Positions 25,501 to 47,130 of a DNA stretch of 64,000 nucleotides are shown here, in pieces. This stretch comes from the human T2T-CHM13v2.0 reference genome, Homo sapiens, in assembly GCF_009914755.1 (NCBI RefSeq), contig NC_060938.1; one strand, written 5' to 3'. The position numbers and the translations under genes are program-made. Every line of letters starts with the position of its first letter. The stretch's first letter is position 1. The notes beneath the pieces were generated by a model. It saw only the letters and a list, made by a program, of their open reading frames with translations. It made no database searches and was not told where the DNA came from.

Positions 25501-26139
25501 CAGTGAATGAATGAGAGGGAGAAAGGAAAGAAGAGGAAGGCGTGACTGCAGAAATTGCTTAAAGTCAGCACTTTCCTCTACAGTAGGGAAGGTTCCACGG
25601 CAGTCTTCTGCTGTGGGACTTTTCTGGTGTGGGAGGTGGAAGCTTACAGAGTCTGCCTTAATTGTTTTTGGTTCCTTTCCCCCATCTTTCTCCCAACGGA
25701 CTCCTACTGCTCAAATCTGAGCACACTGGCGGGAAGCGGATGGACCTGGGGAAATTATGAAATCATGTCAGTTGCCACTGGGCAGAGTGCCTCACACTTT
25801 ATCATCCGTCCCGTTCCCAGTGCCAGCATCAATGCGGGTACTTGTCCTGGAAGCAGTACCCGAGGAGAGAAAATTAACACAGTGTCTATGAAACAGGGGC
25901 CAATCCCGTGTCAAGCAGCATGCTACTAAATGTAAACCCAGGAAGGGTTCAGAAAGGAGCCTGGAGCTGAGGAGAGAGGGCTGGTGGCTGCCCTGGAAAC
26001 CCAGTACAAGGATGGCCTAGAGGTGGTCTGTGAACAGAAATTGTTTGCAAATGGCAACCATTGATCTGTTTTCTGTCTCTATAGTTTTGCCTTTTCCAGA
26101 ATGTCATGAAAATGGAATCAGACCGTATGTAGCCTTTTG

Positions 26140-26350
26140 AGGATAGAGGATCTCCCCCACCACCCCAACTCCAGTGAGCTTTCAGATGAGATTGTAGCCC
26201 CAGATGACAATGTAAGTTCAATCTTGTGAGAGACCTTGAGCCAGGGGCACCCAGCTAAGCCATACTTGGGTTCCTGACCTCTAGAAACTGAAATATGTTT
26301 GCTATTATGTTTTGGGGTAATTTGTTATGCAACCATATGTATCTAACACA
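26140..26350 (+). mobile_element. MLT1-type (MaLR) LTR 3' part
   Basis: cttgtgagagaccttgagc..acccagctaagcc..tttggggtaatttgttatgca..ctaacaca terminus. Confidence 0.7.
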
Positions 26351-26351
26351 G

Positions 26352-27910
<1,559 letters not shown>

Positions 27911-29181
27911 AAAAAAAATATTTTGAAATGAAGTGAGAAAGTCAGTGTGAATTTCCCCAGAGCTGCATCGTCTGAAGTTCATACCAGGTTAAATCAAGTT
28001 TGTCTGGAAAATTAACTTTATGGACTCCACAACGTCAGTACCCAAAGAGCCTGGAACTGTGCCAGGCCTAGTGGTAGTTAAAGTAGGAGCCAGTGTACTG
28101 GTTATTTATGCCCAAGTAGGCAGTGAACCAGAAAGCTAGCATGACTTGCAGCTGCAAGTTGTTTTGTTTGGAGGAATTTGAAATAAAATATTAGAGAACA
28201 ACTTTAAAAGGGAGATGAACAGTCGGCTGTCACCACTTAGCACAAAAGAGAGAAGGTAACGTGGCCTCTAGACTAGTCAAACTGACAGTCCTTTCCCTTG
28301 GCAGGTGCGACACTGGTTTTGGTATCAAAGAAGTATATAACTCCTGGAAAGTATAGCTCTTGGGAATCTCAGAAATGGTCTGTTATGTGGGGGCTTTTTC
28401 TCAAGCCAGTGCAAAGTGAAACAGCATTATATTCTGCTAATAGTGATCTTTTCTTTGCAGTTTGTATAATTAGCGAGAATACTTCAGTGTTCTTAGAACA
28501 GCACAAACCGTACTATGGTATTTTAATCATTTAAGGAAAAATAAACATTCAGTAGGGTAACATATGGTCACAGAAAAAGCCTGGAATTTGGAGTCAGAAG
28601 ACCAGGATTTCTACCTACTTACTGGTGTTTGATCTTGTGCAAGATAATTACTATTGCCTATATAACAACATTATTTAATGAGTGCTTACTTTGTGGCAGG
28701 CATTATGCTATGAATATTTGACCCATGAGCCTCACAATAACCCCAGGAGATAGGCATTAAATATCATCCTGAGCTTTCAGATGACTCTCATTGAGTTGGA
28801 GAGGATAAGTAGCTAGCCTAAGGACACCCAGCTACTGAAGTGTGAAGTCAGTATTGGAATGCAGGTGGTTTGACTCCAGAATCTTTTCTCCTAACCATTT
28901 TGCTAATACTACCTAATGCATTGTGGTGGTTGTCAGGATTATTGAGTTAATGTGTAGGACGTTGAGAGCTGGCGCAGAGCACTTAAAATGATGCACAGTG
29001 TAGCACCTTCCTCCTTTTTTTTAGGCTACCGGGAAGACTCATCTTGTCTATATGCTCCCTTCTCATGGTAGCTCAGCAACTTCATGTGTGTGCAGCTCCA
29101 GCACCAGGAGAATGAACTTCCATGAGATTGGGCAGAACACTGAAGCCTCATCTGAGTGCAGAACCCAGGGCCAATGCTTGA

Positions 29182-29463
<282 letters not shown>

Positions 29464-30057
29464 TGAGCCACCGTGCCCAGCCAGCTTTTTTTTTTTTTTT
29501 TCCAATTATGTTGTAAGGAAAGGGGAGTTGAGTCAATGTCATTTTAAAATGACACTCTACAGCAGCTTGAGGAAATACTTGAATTTATTGTCTCTGTTTT
29601 AAGTGGAATTGGGAAAGAAATTGATTCCAGAGTCCATACTGACAAAAGCTAATAACTATCATTTAGGGACGCATTTCAGGCTCAGTATCCACATTATCTC
29701 TGATCTTTATGACAATCTTACATGGATTTGTTAACTGACTGGGATTATTAACTGGCCTGTTTTATGAAAGAAGAAGCTGAGGCTCTGAGAGATTGATCAG
29801 TAGAGACAAAGCCACCCTGCTATCAAGGGCTGAACACAGGTTTCAGGCCCAACTCTGCCTGTTTCCAAAGCCCATGCTCTTGTAGTGGTGAATGGAGTTA
29901 GAACAACTAAGAATGCCTTGAGAATGATCCTCTGTCCTTGGATGCCCTAGAGAGCTAACAGCAGGGCAGACCTGCTGGTCCAATCCGAATTCACAACATC
30001 CTGAAGAGAAGCCAGGTGTCAGCTGTCAGCCGCATTCTTCTTGACCAATCACTGCTA

Positions 30058-30530
<473 letters not shown>

Positions 30531-32528
30531 TCATTCTCTAATTAACCTTAGTTATTCTGTATGTATTTTTTCCTTTTAAATATTTATTGTACTTTTTAAT
30601 TAATTAATTTATTTATTTTGAGATGGAGTCTCTGTCACCCTGGCTGGAGTGCAGTGGTGCAATATTGGCTCACTGCAACCTCTGCCTCCTAGAGTAGCTG
30701 GGATTACAGGCCTACACCACCATGCCTGGCTAATTTTTATATTTTTAGTAGAGATGGGGTTTCACCATGTTGGCAAAGCTGGTCTCAAACTCCTGACTTC
30801 AAGTGGTCCACCCGCCTCAGCTTTCCATAGTGCTCAGATTACAGGCGCGAGCCACTGTGCCTGGCCTTTATTGTACTTTATATATGATGAGCTAGTCCTT
30901 TTAAAGTACCTTTTCTTCTAAAATCTTTTGTTTCTGAGTCTTTTTTTCTTTTCTTTTCTTTCTTTTTTTTTTTTTTTGATACAGGGTCTCACTCTGTCAC
31001 CCAGGGTGGAGTGCAGTGGTATAAGTAGCTGGGACTACAGGCATGTGCCACCACACCCAGCTAATTTCTGTGTTTTTCATGGAGACAAGGTTTCACCATG
31101 TTGGCCAGGCTGGTCTTGAACTCCTGACCTCAAGTGATCTACCCACCTCGACCTCCCGACATTGGTGGGATTACAGGTGTGAGCCACCACACCTGGCCTC
31201 TTTTCTGAGTGTTAACACTGTTTTCACATTTCCAGGTTTTCAAAGAACCACCCAGTACTTTCATCAACAAACCCACATGCCAGGAGAGCTCAGCAATATT
31301 AACACTAAAACCCTGGAAGGTTTATGTGGCTAGCCCTGGGCTACCAGTGAGTGAGTCAATGAATATGATCCTCTCCAGGAAATAAGTCTCAAAACCTCAA
31401 GTTATACATCTATTTGCCACTTTGGACAGTTGGTTGCTAAACATCCTTAATCATAAGGCCATCTATGAACATTTCTGCACTATCATGACTTTGGCATCAT
31501 TATATTCTAGAGAAAAGCCCTGCAAAGTGTACATTTTTGAGATCGAATAAATAGGAAAGAACATTAATTACTTTCTGAATTTAGCTTAAAGCTGTAACAC
31601 AGAATCAGCAGTTTGGAAAGCCAACTTTTCCTGCTGACATGTGTCAGACACCATGCTGGGCACTGGAGACTCAGAAGCCACTTTGTCAAGATGAAACACT
31701 GTGTTTCCTTGCAGAGCAAACTCTCCTGCCTCCCCCCAAGAGGGGTTCCTCCATGGAGGAAACTAGATAGGAGGACTTGGAGGGCTGGTGTTTACATTGT
31801 ACTTTTTGTTTTTCAAAACACTTCACAAGGGTCTGTGAAGGAGAGAAGGCACATCTGGCATTTGAGGAAACAGATACAGAAAATTTAAATGACTCATTCA
31901 GAGTCCAAAAGCAAATCTGTGACAACAAACAGGCCTAGAACCTGGGTCTCAATTTCAAGTTGTATTCTTCTCACACTACTGTACTGTTGGCTTCAAATTA
32001 GGTAGCTCTAATTATGGTTAAAGAAATATAAATCTACCTTATGGGAACCCAATATTAAAACAGACATAAAATAAAGTATGACAAAATGGGGAAGAAGAGA
32101 GGAAAGGGCAAGAAGTATGAATTATTTGCATTTAAAAATATTTCTCGCTTTACATAAAATAGATTTCATACAGATTATCTTAGAAATGCATCCATTTCTT
32201 TTTTTTTCTTTGAAATGCTTCCATTATATTTTCTTGTGGTAAAAAACACATAACATTAAATGTACTACCTTTTTTTTTTTTTTAGACATGAAGTCTCACT
32301 ATGTTGCCCAGGCTGAAGTGCAATGGCTATTCACAGGCATGATCATAGTTCACTACAGTAATTTTTTTTTTTTTTTGAGACAGAGTCTCGCTCTGTTGCC
32401 CAGGCTAGAGGGCAGTGACCTGATCTTGGCTCACTGCAACCTTCACCCCCAGGGTTCAAGCGATTCTCCTGCCTCTCAGCCTCTTGAGTAACTGGGATTA
32501 CAGGCGGCCTCAACCACCGCCCAGCTAA

Positions 32529-32678
<150 letters not shown>

Positions 32679-32759
32679 TAGGTTCAAGTGATCCTCCCAT
32701 CTCAGCCCCCTGAATAGTTGGGACTATAGGCACGTACCACTGCACCAGGCACAAAATTT

Positions 32760-35300
<2,541 letters not shown>

Positions 35301-35935
35301 AATGCATCTGTTTTTTAAATGGAGTTAATACTGTAAGTCCTATCAGCTTTCTCCTCCCTTTCAGAAACTCTGTGATGCTTATTCATTAGCGTCTATATAG
35401 CTAGTTGTACAAACAGAAACCTCTGGCACCCAAGATACATTTTCCATGACAACCATTGAATTTTTAGTCATGTATTGATCAAAAAAGTTTACATAGTTCC
35501 ATAAGATTATCTCTAAACTGCATGCATGCCAAGGATTGTGTGAAGATCATAGTTAAAACCACATGTGAAAGTTCTATTATTGTAAATAGCTTTCACAGGA
35601 ATGGCTCATTGTCAAATATTAGGAGTGAGGTATTTATTGTGAGGCATCGAAAGTGAATCCACATGTCGGTCCTTGTAAAAAATATGCATTTAAACAGTAT
35701 TCCTCCAAAATAATAAAATAAATCCTTCACCTTAAACAACAACCTATTCATTTTTCTACAATATCATCTGACCTGATTTCCCCAATAAGAGTGTGAACTC
35801 TGGAGCCAGACTGTCTGGGATCAAATCCAGCTCTGCTAGTAACTGTCTGTGAGAACTTGGGCAAGTTCCTTAACCTCCTGATGTTTCATATGTGTCGTCT
35901 GCAACATTGAAATGAACTACCTCTTCACGTTGTGA

Positions 35936-36184
<249 letters not shown>

Positions 36185-36915
36185 TGAGCTCAGGTGATCC
36201 ACCCGCCTCTGCCTCCCAAAGTGCTGGGATTACAGGCGTGAGCCACCGTGCCCGGCCCCATGTTAGCTTTTATCATCATGACGATGATAATCCCTGTGTA
36301 TTATTTTCTGTTTGGATGAGAAATTTATTTACTACTAAAATGTATTCCCTACTCCACTGAAAACAATTTAAAGTTTAGGGATTCATTTCGGGCTTAGCAA
36401 TCAAGGAAAAACATTTATTTAGTCATTCAGAGTCCTAATCCACACTCCCAGGGTTTCTATTGGAGAAACCCAATGTTTCCCACTGCCAGAGCAGCACTCT
36501 TGCCACCACATCGTGCATCTGCTCATGGGGGAATCTCTAGAAAGGAGACAGCACATGGTGGAGGAGCAAGGGCCAGAGAGCCCACCAGACCTGGGCTCGG
36601 ATCTGGGTTCTACCCTTTCTTGGCTGAGTGAAACCAGGAAAGTTACTTTGTGTGTTGGTCAAGAATATGTCTAAAATTTTGTTGTTTTTTAGAGATAGGA
36701 TCTTGCTGTGGTTGCCCAGGCTGGAGTACAGTGACGTGATCACAGCTCACTGCAGCCTTGAATTCCTTGGGCTCAAACAATCCTCCTGCCTCAGCCTCCC
36801 AAGTAGCTAGTACTACATGTGTGTGCTGCCACACCTGGCTTTTAAGGTTTTTGTTTTTGTTTTTAATTAAGCTTTTATTTTGAGATAATTGTAAACATCC
36901 AGTTGTAAGTAATCA

Positions 36916-37044
<129 letters not shown>

Positions 37045-40000
37045 CTACTAAAGACACAAAAATTAGTCAGGTGTGGTCACGTGCCCTGTAGTCCCAGCTA
37101 CTAGGGAGGCTGAGGCAGGAGAATTGAACCTGGGAGGCAGAGGTTGCTGTGAGCTGAGATCGCGCCACTGCGCTCCAGCCTGGGCTACAGTGAGAGACTT
37201 TGTTTCGAAAAACAAAAAACAACAACAAAAAAGGAAATCACACATAGAGATCTTGTATACTATTTACCCAGTTTCCCCTAGTAATAACATCTTGCAAGAC
37301 TGGAGTACGGTATTATAACTGGATATTCACATTGATAAAGTCAAGATGTAGAACCATTCCCTCATAAGCATACCACAAGTTGCCGTGTCCCCCATCCCTG
37401 ACCCCTGGTTATTGAAGAAGTCTTTCTGTAGGTATATGTGTTTTTTCTCTTGGGTAAATACCAAGAATTGAAATGGCTAGATTGTATGGTGAATAGATAC
37501 TTAATTTTCTAAGGTACTGCTATAGGCTTTTTCAAAATTGCTGTGTCATTTTGCATTCCCATCAACAACATATGAGAGTTTCAGTTGCTCCACATCCTTG
37601 CAAGCATTTGGTACTGTCAACCTTTATTTAAAAAAAAAATATGGTAAATACACATAATATGAAATTTGCCATCTTTACCATTTTTAAGTGTACGGTTCAG
37701 TGGTATTAAATGCTTTCGCATTATCATGCAACCAATGCTATCCATCTCCAGATCTCTTATCATCTTGCAAAACCAAGTCTCTGTACCCATTAAAGAAAAT
37801 TCTCCATTCTCCTGACCCCTGGGAACCAGCATTCTATTTTCTGTGTCTATGAATTTGACTACTATAGGTACCTCTTGTAAGTAGCATCATACAGTATTTG
37901 TCCTTTTGTCACTGGCTTATTTCATTTAGCCTAATGTCTTCAAGGTCAACTGTGTTCGTCCAAGGTGTACACAGGTAGCATATGATTTCCTTAGTTTTTA
38001 AGAGTGCATAATATTCCATTGCATGTATGTACATTTTCTTTATCCATTCATTTTCCAGTGGACACTTGGGTTGCTTCCACCCAAGCTTCCATTCCACCCA
38101 TTTTGATTAATGCTGCTATAAACACAAGTGTACAAATGTCTTTGCGACCCTGCTTTCAATTCTTTTGGGTATATACCTGAAGTAGGATTGCTGGATCATA
38201 TGGTAATTCCATTTTTAATTTTTAAAGGAACTGCTGCTGTTTTATGCAGCAGCTGCACCATTTTGCATTCCCACCAAAAGTGTATACAAGGATTCTAATT
38301 CCCGCACATCTTCACCAACATTTGTTTTCTGTTTGTTTTGATAGTAGCCATCCTAGTGGTTGTGAATTGGTATCTCAATGTGGTTTTCATTTGTATTCTG
38401 GGATCTTAGCTGACAACTGCAGAAGTCTCTTCAGCTTGTTTAAGCAGAAAGGGATTTATTCAAGGATATTAAATAGCTTGAGGAATCTCCAGAAGGGTCA
38501 GAAAGCCAGATCTGGAGACTACACAGTTAGAAACATAACAAAACTGTTCTGCAGGACTGCCTCAGCCAGACTTTAGAGCTGCCGCTGCTGCTGCTGGCAC
38601 TATACTTGGCTCTGCTAATGCTGGATGCTATACCCACGACTCTGCATCATTCCTACCCACAAAGGCCAGACTCCTCTCCACCATCCAAGCCAGAACAATG
38701 GTTCAGGACAGCACGTACTTCCTTGTGCTGCTCTCTTTCAGACTGAGACTTGTGTGCGTAAGTCTGGTTGGAGGAGTCTGCACCGTAGCTGCTAGGTGTT
38801 GGGAAAGGGAGTTGGGCTTCTTCTTTGGAGACACGAGAGTCACAAGGCGGGAAATTACTCTAATATTGGAAGGGTCTTCAAAGACAAACATAAAGCATGA
38901 GAAGTATCTGCTGTATTTTTCTATTCTACTTATAAATAGGGATAATTATAGCTGCCTCACTGACTCATTTTGAAGATGAGATGAGATCTCTCATGTAAAA
39001 TGTTTAACACAGTGCCTGGCCCAGAGCAGGTGCCAATAATGTTGTTTTTCTCTTTTCTCTCAATAAAATGTAAGCATCACTTCCTGATATGACATAGGCT
39101 ATTAGTGTAGGCAGCTGTATAATACGATTTTAGGAACCTCAAGGAAACTCTATGACCCCCCTAATACTCTATCTAACATAAAATTCCATGTTAGTACTTT
39201 AGCTTCTGATCTTTAGAAGTTGCAAAGCCACAATTCACAATTCAAGATGAGATCTGGTTGGGGATACAGCCAAACCATATCAAGGTTGTGAAATCCTGGA
39301 GGAGATTTGCGAACTGGACTTTAAGGAATTTAAATGGACATTGTTACTCACTGTGGGTTTTCAGAAACCACAAACTGAGAAGTAATTATGGACTTGAAAG
39401 TTTGACCCAGAGTCAGTGCTTTATGTAGACCATTTACATGTCAAATGGCCAGGATGCCCTGGCACCCTGGCAGGTGCTCCATGATCAACAGAAATCTCTG
39501 GATTCTCTTGTGTCTTTTATTCATTGTAAGATAATCATGGTGGTAACTAATCCAGGAAGACTTAGCTTTAAGAAACATGACCAGGATAAAGTCAGATACC
39601 CAAAATCAAATGTCACATTTACAGTGTGCTAAATATTACACTTAGCAAAATTACTGAGGAAAGAATATGTGGTTGAATATCATGATGATTTAATGAACCA
39701 TTTCACTCAAATGCGGTGAGTGGTTTTGCTTTTTTTAAGCTTCACCAAGTGGTTGTTTATGGTATACAGGACATCTGGTGTTTTTAGCAGTCCAGCATCC
39801 ATTTGAAGGGAGCATTTATCTGATAACCAATTAAGCTGAATACATTTTCACATATTTATTGATTACTTGGATGCTATCTTTTGTGGAATGCCTGCTCGAA
39901 ATCTTTTGCTCTTTTTTCTACCGGGTTGTCCGCCTTTTCCTTATTGATTGTAGTTCTTAATGTCTTCTGGGAGATCTTCTGTGGCTATATGTAATACAAG

Positions 40001-40089
40001 CCTCTTTTTCCATTCTGTGGCTTGTCTTCATTTTTATAAAATGAAGATTTTCTCTACTCGTCTTGAGTAGAGAATCTTAATTTTAATGA

Positions 40090-40239
<150 letters not shown>

Positions 40240-40499
40240 TAGCTGGGATTACAGGTGTCCACCACCACGCCCAGCTAATTTTTGTAGTTTTCGTAGAGAC
40301 GGGGTTTCACCATGTTGGCCAGGCTGGTCTTGAACTCCTGACCTCAAGTGATCTGCCCACCTCGGCCTCCCAAAGTGCTGGGATTACAGGTGTGAGCCGC
40401 CATACCAACCTTTTTATAGTCAAAACTTAATGTTCTGTTCAAAAAAATCTTTGCAGACCTCAAGTTCATGAAGATATTTTCTTTTAAAAATGCTATAGT

Positions 40500-41273
<774 letters not shown>

Positions 41274-43517
41274 TTTAAAAGCCCCATGCTAAGTCCACCA
41301 ATATGTGACATACTGAAAGGAACAGTTAAAGAATGAAAACATACCTATGCCCTTAGTGAACTTCTTGGTGAAAAATAAATAAGTCAACTTTTTTTGTTTT
41401 TCTTGAGTTACTGCTATGAGCGGGAAACTAATCCACATTATGTCCTTTAATCCTCCTAACAACCAATGAAGGGGCCATTATTTCCAATCAACAGAGAAAA
41501 AGATGGAGGCCTAGACAGGTTGAATAAGTTGTCTAAGGTAAGTGCTAAGTGGTTTGGCTAGTAGGTAACAATTGAATGTTACACTGAAATGTACAATCCA
41601 TATGTGCTGTAGAAATTCTGAGAAACAGAAAACGATTTGGATTTGGATTAAGTGGTCAGAGCTGTCATAGAAAAGTTATGGCTTGAACTGAGTATCATTA
41701 AGGTAAAGGATTTAAGGTTTGATAAAATAAATCAGAACTGTAGGATGGAAGAGCCATTATGAGCCCAGCAATGAAACTGGAGTGATCATGGCCTCTATGT
41801 GGCCAGTATCCCAGGGTGCTTGGCAGAATAGTGGGAGAGAAGGCTGGAGAGGAGGCTTAGCCAAAGAAAAGAAGTTTGATGAAACTGCTTTTTCTCACAA
41901 GACCTTATGGGATTTACTTCACCTAGCTTTTTGTCTCCAGCTACTTCTGCCTCCTTCCACATGACGCATACATTAGCTACGCTCAATTGATATTTATTGA
42001 ATGCCTACTGTGTACAAAGTACAGTGTAAGAAACTGGCTTTGTCACACTGTTCTGGTCATGCAGGGGTTCATGCTTTTATTTAAAGTTACATTTTTCTTT
42101 AACATGAAAAAAATCAAATGTATGCATGCACATAAAGAATCAAATAGACCTGTAAAAGTTTGTTATCACAAAGCATGCCCTTCCATCTCTCTCCTCAAAA
42201 ACAACTTTTCATTATTTTGGCAGATTATATTATCCCCATGCCACGAAATAATGTTCTTGATTAAAAAAACTTCCTGGCCGGGCGCAGTGGCTCACACCTG
42301 TAATCCCAGCACTTTGGGAGGCTGAGGCGGGCGGATCACAAAGTCAGGAGATCGAGACCATCCTGGCTAACATGGTGAAACCCCATCTCTACTAAAAATA
42401 CAAAAAAATTAGCTGGGCATTGTGGCGGGTGCCTGTAGTCCCAGCTACTCGGGAGGCTGAGGCAGGAGAATGGCGTGAACCAGGAGGCGGAGCTCGCAGT
42501 GAGCCGAGATCGCGCCACTGCACTCCAGCCTGGGCGACAGAGCAAAAGACTCCGTCTCAAAAAAAAAAAAAAAAAAAAAACCCAAAGCCTCCTAAGTGAA
42601 ATTTTGTATCCTTTAACCAACATCTCCCCATCCCCAAACTAAGATCCCCCAGCACAGCTCCAGGCCCTGGTAACCACACTTCTACTCTCTACTTCCATGA
42701 GTTCTGCTTTTTCAGATTCCACATGTCAGTGAAATCATGTGGTATTTGTTGGTCAGTGCCTTGCTTATTTCACTTAACATGATGTCCTCTAGGTTTATCC
42801 ATGTAGTCACAAATGACAGGATTTCCTTCTCTTTTTCAAAGCTGAATGGTATTCCATTGTGTATATATACCCTATTTTTTTTTTTTTATCCATTCATCCA
42901 CTGATGGACACTTAGGTTGATTTATTTGGTTACTGTGAATAATGCTGTGATGAACTTGGGTGCGCAGGTAACTCTTCAACATACTTATTTCATTTCCTTT
43001 GGACACATACCCAGTAGTGGGATTGCTGGATCACAGAGTTCTATTTTTAATTTTTTTTGACGACCCTCCATACTGTTTTCCTTAATTGCTGCACTAATTT
43101 ATATTCCTACCAACAGTGTACAAGGGTTTCCTTCTCCAGCATTTTTTTTTTAGACAGTGCCTTGATCTGGTGTCTAGGCAGGAGTACAGTGGTGCGACCA
43201 TAGCTCACTGCAGCCTCTAACTCCCAGGCTCAAAGGATCCTCCCACTTCAGCCCCCCAAGTAGCTGGGACTGCAGGCATGCCCACCACACCCAGGTAATT
43301 TTTCTTAAATTTTTTTTTTTTTTTTTAATAGAGACAGGGTCTTGCTATGTTTGCCCAGGCTGGTCTCGAATTCCTGGCCTCAAGCGATCCTCCCGCCTCA
43401 GCCCCACAAAGCACTGGGATTACAGGCATATGCCACCACAGCCTCTTTCATTTTTTTGATAGTAACAGTGTGAGGTGATATCTCATTAATTTGCATTTCC
43501 CTGATTAGTGACATTGA

Positions 43518-43774
<257 letters not shown>

Positions 43775-43889
43775 TGATCCACCCGCCTCGGCCTCCCAAA
43801 GTGCTGGGATTACAGGCGTGAGCCACAGCGCCTGGCCCTGTTGGCTATTTGTATGTCTTCTTTTGAGAAATGTCTATTCAGGTCCTTTG

Positions 43890-43924
<35 letters not shown>

Positions 43925-44479
43925 GAGACAGGGTCTTCATGCTCTATTGCCCAGGCTTCAGTGCAGTGGCACAATCACAGCTCACTGAACCTCGAACTCC
44001 TGGGCTTAAGTGATTCTCCTGCCTCAGACTCCTGGGTAGCTAGGATTGCATGTGTGCACCACCTCACCCAACTAATTAAAAAATTTTCTGTAGAGATGGG
44101 GTCTCGCTATGTTGCCCAGACTGGTCTCAACAGATCCTTCTGCCTTGGCCTTCCAAAGTGTTGTGATTACATGTGTGAGCCGTGCAACCTGGCCTTGCCA
44201 TTTTAAAATTGGGATGTTTCCTTGCTATGAGTTATTTCACTATGTATTTTGGATGTTAACCCCTTAAGAGATGTATGGTTTGCAAATATTTTCTCCCACT
44301 CTGTTGATTGCTTCCTTTGCTGTGCAGATTTTGTTTGATGTAATCCCTTGATTTTCAGTTTTTAGGTATTATCCACTGATTTTCTACTGTGGAAAATGAG
44401 AATTTGATAACTTTTCTAACCTCCACAATACCATGTCCTCTCCCAATATAGTTGCTGCAATTTTGATTAGATGAATATT

Positions 44480-45085
44480 TTGTTAACAAACATTGTTATG
44501 CCATTCATCCAGTGGTCATTTTTTTTTGCCCATTTTGCTTTCCTGGAGTTAACTGCCAGTTTTTTGTTTGGCTTGGTTGGTTTTTCTCCAGAATCACTGT
44601 CACCTCTGATTGAACCCTGGAGCCTTGAAAAGCATCTCCTCCACCCACCTTCTGATTCCAGCCAGTATCAGTGGACAGCTCCATGGGAACTGAAGACCCA
44701 TTTCCTACTCTTTCAGCTTTCTGTCTCAGGGTCTTCTTTGACACTTAAGGAGCCTACTGTGCCCATGTGCAAACTGCCCCATGTGCAAGGAGATGATGCC
44801 CTTGGCAGCAACTTGATGAGTGAAAAATGACAGCGTACGGTTAAATGCTCCAGCCACTTGTCTTTCAGGAGGCAATTCAGGGAGCTATCACATAGCTTCT
44901 TTGAGGACCTGGTGGAATCAAGCTCCCACTGTCTACACAGAAATGACCTCAATAATACACCATGTTTTATACTGACTTTCCCCTTTCTCCTTCGCAATAT
45001 CACAAGTCCCTCACTCCTAGTTTCTGGGATCTCTAAAATAAACTAACCCACGTTCTTGACTCAGGCTTTGTTTCAGGAAGAACCT
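44480..45085 (+). mobile_element. ERVL-class solo LTR (LTR16/LTR33-like)
   Basis: 3' terminus tctgggatctctaaaataaacta...tcttgactcaggctttgtttcaggaagaacc. Confidence 0.55.
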
Positions 45086-45511
45086 CGTAGTTTGCTGGTT
45101 GCCTCACTCTTAAGATACTGAGATACATTGGATATTTTATTAATCTTTCTAAAAACATGTGGCCAGGATCTTCTGATATGCTTCAATATACTCTCTATGC
45201 CTGGTGTAGTGGTCATCCTTGGATATTCCATCCTCATCATCTGGGGATTTCTTTCATTTCTCTCCTGTGCTAAATCCCATTTCCTGCATCCTATGTCATT
45301 TTGTTTGGTTTATGCCCTTTTTATGAAGCACATCCTTTAGTAGCTTCTTGAGAAAGGATATATAGGAGGCAAATTTTTTTATACTCTTCATTTGACTTTT
45401 ATGTTACATTTAGTCAGATACAGAATTTTAGGTTGGAAATTTCTTTCACAAGTTTGAAGGCATTGCTTCTGTTGAAATTTAAAGCTATTCGGGTCTGGAT
45501 GCAGTGGCTTA

Positions 45512-45913
<402 letters not shown>

Positions 45914-46760
45914 TCAATCTAGACTCTGATATTCTTTAATACTGGAAAAATTATTGAAACACTCTAATGGTTTCTTCTGTTTTCTTTTTGGAACTCTGGG
46001 AGATTACATATTAGACCTCCTGGGCTGTCAATTTTCTTAACTTTTTTCAACATTTTCCATTTAAAAATTTTTTTTGAGAAATTTCAACTTTATATTCTAA
46101 GCCATCTAGTTGAATTATTCAGCTATGCTGTCATATTATTTTCTAAGAGCTCTTTTTGTTTTTTTGAAACCCAACTTTTTAAAAGTACCCTGCCCTTGAC
46201 TCACTCATGGTTGCAACATCCTTCTGAAAATACTTTTTCTTTTGATGTTCTCCTTACCCTTCATAGCCTGTTTCCTCTGTTTTCCCCAGACTGTTTTTTC
46301 TCTTTCATTTATTTGTAATCCTTGGTTGTTTGCTCATTTTTAAGAGCACAGGACTAAAAGACTAACTGCAAGGTCTAGACATAATGCGTGGGATGGTGGG
46401 ATTGCCAACTATGATTTTCACTGTAGTGTCATCTAGCTGGGCAGTTTAGCCGGGACATGTCTGACATCAAGATCTTAATGAGGCCTTTTCACTTGCATTG
46501 GTCAGATTTCACAGAGAAGACTCTTCGGTATTCCACCATGGGATGGTAAAGATCTGGCTGCCAGGATTCAGTAAGAAAAGGAGGATTCTGGCTTTCTTAT
46601 CCATCATGTAAATGTCCCCTGTTTTGAGGATGGTTCCCCTGTCATCTACTGTATCCCGTATTCTTAACATAGCCAAAATAAACAGCCACACACTTACTGA
46701 AATCATATCATATGTGCATTTTTAAAGAATAAATAACTTTATATTCCATTTGTATAACAT

Positions 46761-46766
46761 TTTATT
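46761..46766 (-). terminator. MAP4K5: Distal poly(A) signal AATAAA
   Basis: tttatt on +, with U-rich sequence downstream on the minus strand. Confidence 0.7.
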
Positions 46767-47124
46767 GTTTGCGTATTGCATAGTGAAAAGAACAGAGTCA
46801 GAAGACTCATGGTCAGGCTCAACTACTAACTTGCTGTGTAAATTGGATAGATCTCTTAACCTTGCTAAACCCTTACTTCCTCATCTGAAAAATAGAGATA
46901 ATACTTATTTTACAGAATTGCTAAATACTGAATGAGATACTTATACTGTTTTCCTCTTAAGTAATTAGTCAAAATAATTATAGAGTTTGCTATTGCTAAC
47001 CCCTTGTTCATCATCTCAATGCTGTTCTCAATAAATGCATTAAGACAACAGGTACCAATGTAACACTTTAATTTTGAATATTAACAATAGCAAAAGAAAA
47101 ACAAACTCAAAAATGACCCTACCC

Positions 47125-47130
47125 TTTATT
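47125..47130 (-). terminator. MAP4K5: Candidate proximal poly(A) signal AATAAA
   Basis: Followed about 20 nt later by a GU/U-rich element (tttgtttttcttttgctattgtt, 47105-47083). Confidence 0.6.
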
